This document shows positions 29,999 through 32,000 of a stretch of DNA of 32,000 nucleotides, in pieces (the stretch's first letter is position 1; each line of letters opens with the position of its first letter). The stretch is from the NCBI GenBank assembly GCA_963718915.1, contig CAVRAI010000006.1, forward strand, positions 1-32,000, in the 5' to 3' direction. The notes under the pieces were generated by a model. The model had not been told where the DNA came from and did not search any database. It was given only the letters and a program-made list of their open reading frames with translations. The position numbers and the translations under genes are program-made. The stretch comes from an uncultured Chloroflexia bacterium (GTDB taxonomy: Bacteria > Chloroflexota > Ktedonobacteria > Ktedonobacterales > JADMIN01).

Positions 29999-32000
29999 AT
30001 GGCAGGCGGGACGACTCTCAAGCTGGGGTATACGAACCCCTTGACCGATACGTTTGGGGCGCATCCGCATCCTGGGGTCAGCCATTGACCTGAACGATGG
30101 CGCAACCTTCACGCTTGCCTCGCCAGAGGGGTTAGAGATGTCTGCCCCGCCACGGTCACTCCTCCTTGCCGGGAACATCCGCACGCAGGGCGAGATTGCC
30201 ACGCGCGCCATCGTCCGGCACAATCGGACGGTGACGGCCAGATTGATTGTTGGCCCGTCCAGTAGTAGCGCCGCGCTCATCGCCAGTATCCGCACCCTGC
30301 TCGTCTGGCTGGCTGCTCCTCCTCAGATCCCGATCACGCTCCAGTATCAGCCATTCAATGCCAGCACGCCGCTCTATCTGGATGTGGTGGGGGCGTCGCA
30401 TAATCTGCCTGCCGACGAGGGGCAATGGCTACGCGGCCAGTTTGAGCCGCTGACGATCAGCTTCATCACCCGGCCAGGACTACGCGGGGATCGCGTGACC
30501 CTCCAGAATCTCGTCGCCAACCCTGGCCTGGAACAGCCTGGCGACTGCTGGCATGGTAGCCTTCCTGGACACCTTCGCGAATACGAACTTCTACGCCAGC
30601 CAGGCGGGGAGCGCGCCAACGGCAGGCTCGGTCAACAACAACTATCCTGATGTGGTCATGGCTGACACGCCGCTGCGCTATTACCGCATGGGTGAAGCCA
30701 GCGGGACGACGGCCTATGACGTGAGTGGGAGCGGGGCGAATGGGACGTACAACGCTAGCCCCACCCTTGGCTCGGCGGGAGCCATCAGCGGCGATAGCGC
30801 GGATAAGTCTGTGACGTTCAACGGGTCGTCGCAGTATGTGGGTGGCATCTCAGTGACCGGCATGCCGACGGGCAACGGGGTGGCCAGCATCGAGGCGTGG
30901 GTGTTTGTCACTGGCGCACCTGCCAGCAACGCGATCATCGCGGGCTATGGCAAAAGCGCGGCGCATCAGCGGCTGGGCATCTACATGGACACGTCGCGTA
31001 AACTGTACGCCGACACACAGAGCGGCGCAACCGGCGGCAGCGCAGCGGTCAGCATCAACGCCTGGCACCACGTGGTCGGGACGTGGGACGGCACGACGCT
31101 CACCTGCTATGTGGATGGCGCGGTGGGCGGGACCACTGCGACACCTGGTGCGATGACGACCCCTGGCTCCGCGACCGCGATGACGATTGCCGTGGATGTG
31201 ACCGCCGCTGGCTCCTGGTTCCCTGGTCGCATTGATGAAGTCGCGTACTACGGCGCCTGTCTCTCCTCGACGCGGATCACCGCCCACTACAATGCGGGCA
31301 ACGCGGGCACAGGCATGGGAACCATGACCAACGCGCTGACCCTCGCCTCGGGTGCGCGTATCAGTTTCGGCTGTCCCGCCTGGCAGGCGCTCAACACCTG
31401 GCAGGCGCGGTTCCGCTACACAGTCGGGCAGGACGGTCGGACTTTTATCTGCACTACACCGATGCCAGTCACTGGCTGCGCGTGGAAGTCACTGGGACTG
31501 CCCTGACGATCGACACACAATGTGACGTCGACTACCACGCTGGCGACGACGAGTATCAGCCTGGCCTCAAACGTGTGGTACTGGCTGCGTGTGACACAGT
31601 TCCCCGCCGCGCCTGGGAGTCCTGGCGAGGTCGCCGATGTGCAGGCGACCATCCTCACCGATGGCAATACGCCTGGAACGGTGGGCGCATCCCTCTTCAC
31701 CGCTGGGCCAGTCCCGACGCAGGATGCCGTCACCGCGCTCTCAGGCAGGCCACAGATCGAGGCCAGTCGGGCGCATCGCTCATCCTTGGTGGGCCATATA
31801 CGCAGCGTGCATACGCGTCAGTCTGTTTGGGCCGGGTGGCTGGCAACTCGACCCATCCTCCGGCACGCCAGTGGGATCAGCAGCCTGGGAAGGGCAAGGA
31901 CAGTCCAGCGCCAACACATATCCCAGCGGGCCAGTGAGCAGCTATGGCGCCGGTCGCTTTGACGCGCCACCCACAGCCGCATGGGACATCCTGTTCCACT
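29999..32000 (+). pseudogene. large LamG-domain surface/tail-fibre-like protein locus read across at least 4 frame changes; continues beyond window
   Basis: Protein-like sequence hops between frames: f2 MAGGTTLKLGYTNPLTDTFG; f3 IRILGSAIDLNDGATFTL...VTLQNLVANPGLEQPG; f1 VAFLDTFANTNFY...LamG...ARFRYTVGQDGRT; f3 FYLHYTDASHWLRVEVTGTALTIDTQ; f1 TSTTTLATTSISLASNVWYWLRVTQFP..GRPQIEAS; f2 ..VSLFGPGGWQLDPSSGTPVGSAAWEGQG..AAWDILFH (open at window end). Confidence 0.55.
30553..31506 (+). CDS. LamG (concanavalin A-like lectin, Laminin_G_3-type) domain segment, the longest intact ORF of the broken locus
   Basis: DKSVTFNGSSQYV...SIEAWVF...INAWHHVVGTWDGTTLTCYVDGA...WFPGRIDEVAYYGACLSSTRITAHY is the classic LamG_3 pattern. 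No SD precedes ATG 30553, and it overlaps the previous ORF by 98 nt. Confidence 0.6.
   Translation: MVAFLDTFANTNFYASQAGSAPTAGSVNNNYPDVVMADTPLRYYRMGEASGTTAYDVSGSGANGTYNASPTLGSAGAISGDSADKSVTFNGSSQYVGGISVTGMPTGNGVASIEAWVFVTGAPASNAIIAGYGKSAAHQRLGIYMDTSRKLYADTQSGATGGSAAVSINAWHHVVGTWDGTTLTCYVDGAVGGTTATPGAMTTPGSATAMTIAVDVTAAGSWFPGRIDEVAYYGACLSSTRITAHYNAGNAGTGMGTMTNALTLASGARISFGCPAWQALNTWQARFRYTVGQDGRTFICTTPMPVTGCAWKSLGLP

Noticed and set aside
30553-32000. Diversity-generating retroelement or prophage interpretation of the LamG locus
   Set aside because: The window contains no reverse transcriptase, no template/variable repeat pair and no other phage structural genes. The frame breaks look like decay rather than targeted A-mutagenesis.

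Overview
High-GC bacterial chromosomal window. The gene content (LLM/F420-type oxidoreductase, three DinB-fold proteins, Uma2 nuclease, FHA and pentapeptide-repeat proteins) and a dispersed ~40-bp hairpin repeat suggest a Chloroflexota-like organism; this is inference only. Intact, recognisable genes are an ABC-2 ATPase+permease pair, recQ, dinD, recD2, a tusA-like/dsrE/DUF2892 sulfur-carrier operon with a divergent AraC regulator, a GTPase-DUF697 + FHA-PrsW gene pair, and rpsO-pnp. One complete IS5-family element (1018-1957) has inverted repeats, a target duplication and a G7 frameshift site. Nine copies of a REP-like element (GACCTCACCCCC-NN-CCCCTCTCC-loop-GGAGAGGGG) sit in intergenic regions. 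Several accessory genes are broken by frameshifts: a decayed second copy of the ABC pair (21.3-23.2 kb), a pentapeptide-repeat gene, an MFS transporter, and a large LamG-domain gene that runs off the 3' edge. The PrsW gene may also be frameshifted near its 3' end. The long core genes are intact. I recognised no rRNA, tRNA or CRISPR array. Most long ORFs opposite the called genes are high-GC antisense artefacts. I could not demonstrate a new multi-gene system. The best candidates for follow-up are the GTPase-DUF697/FHA-PrsW pair, the direct-repeat-bracketed DUF2892 cassette, the REP-like family, and the small ORF plus hairpin upstream of the MFS gene. All family names come from motif recognition by eye, not from database searches.
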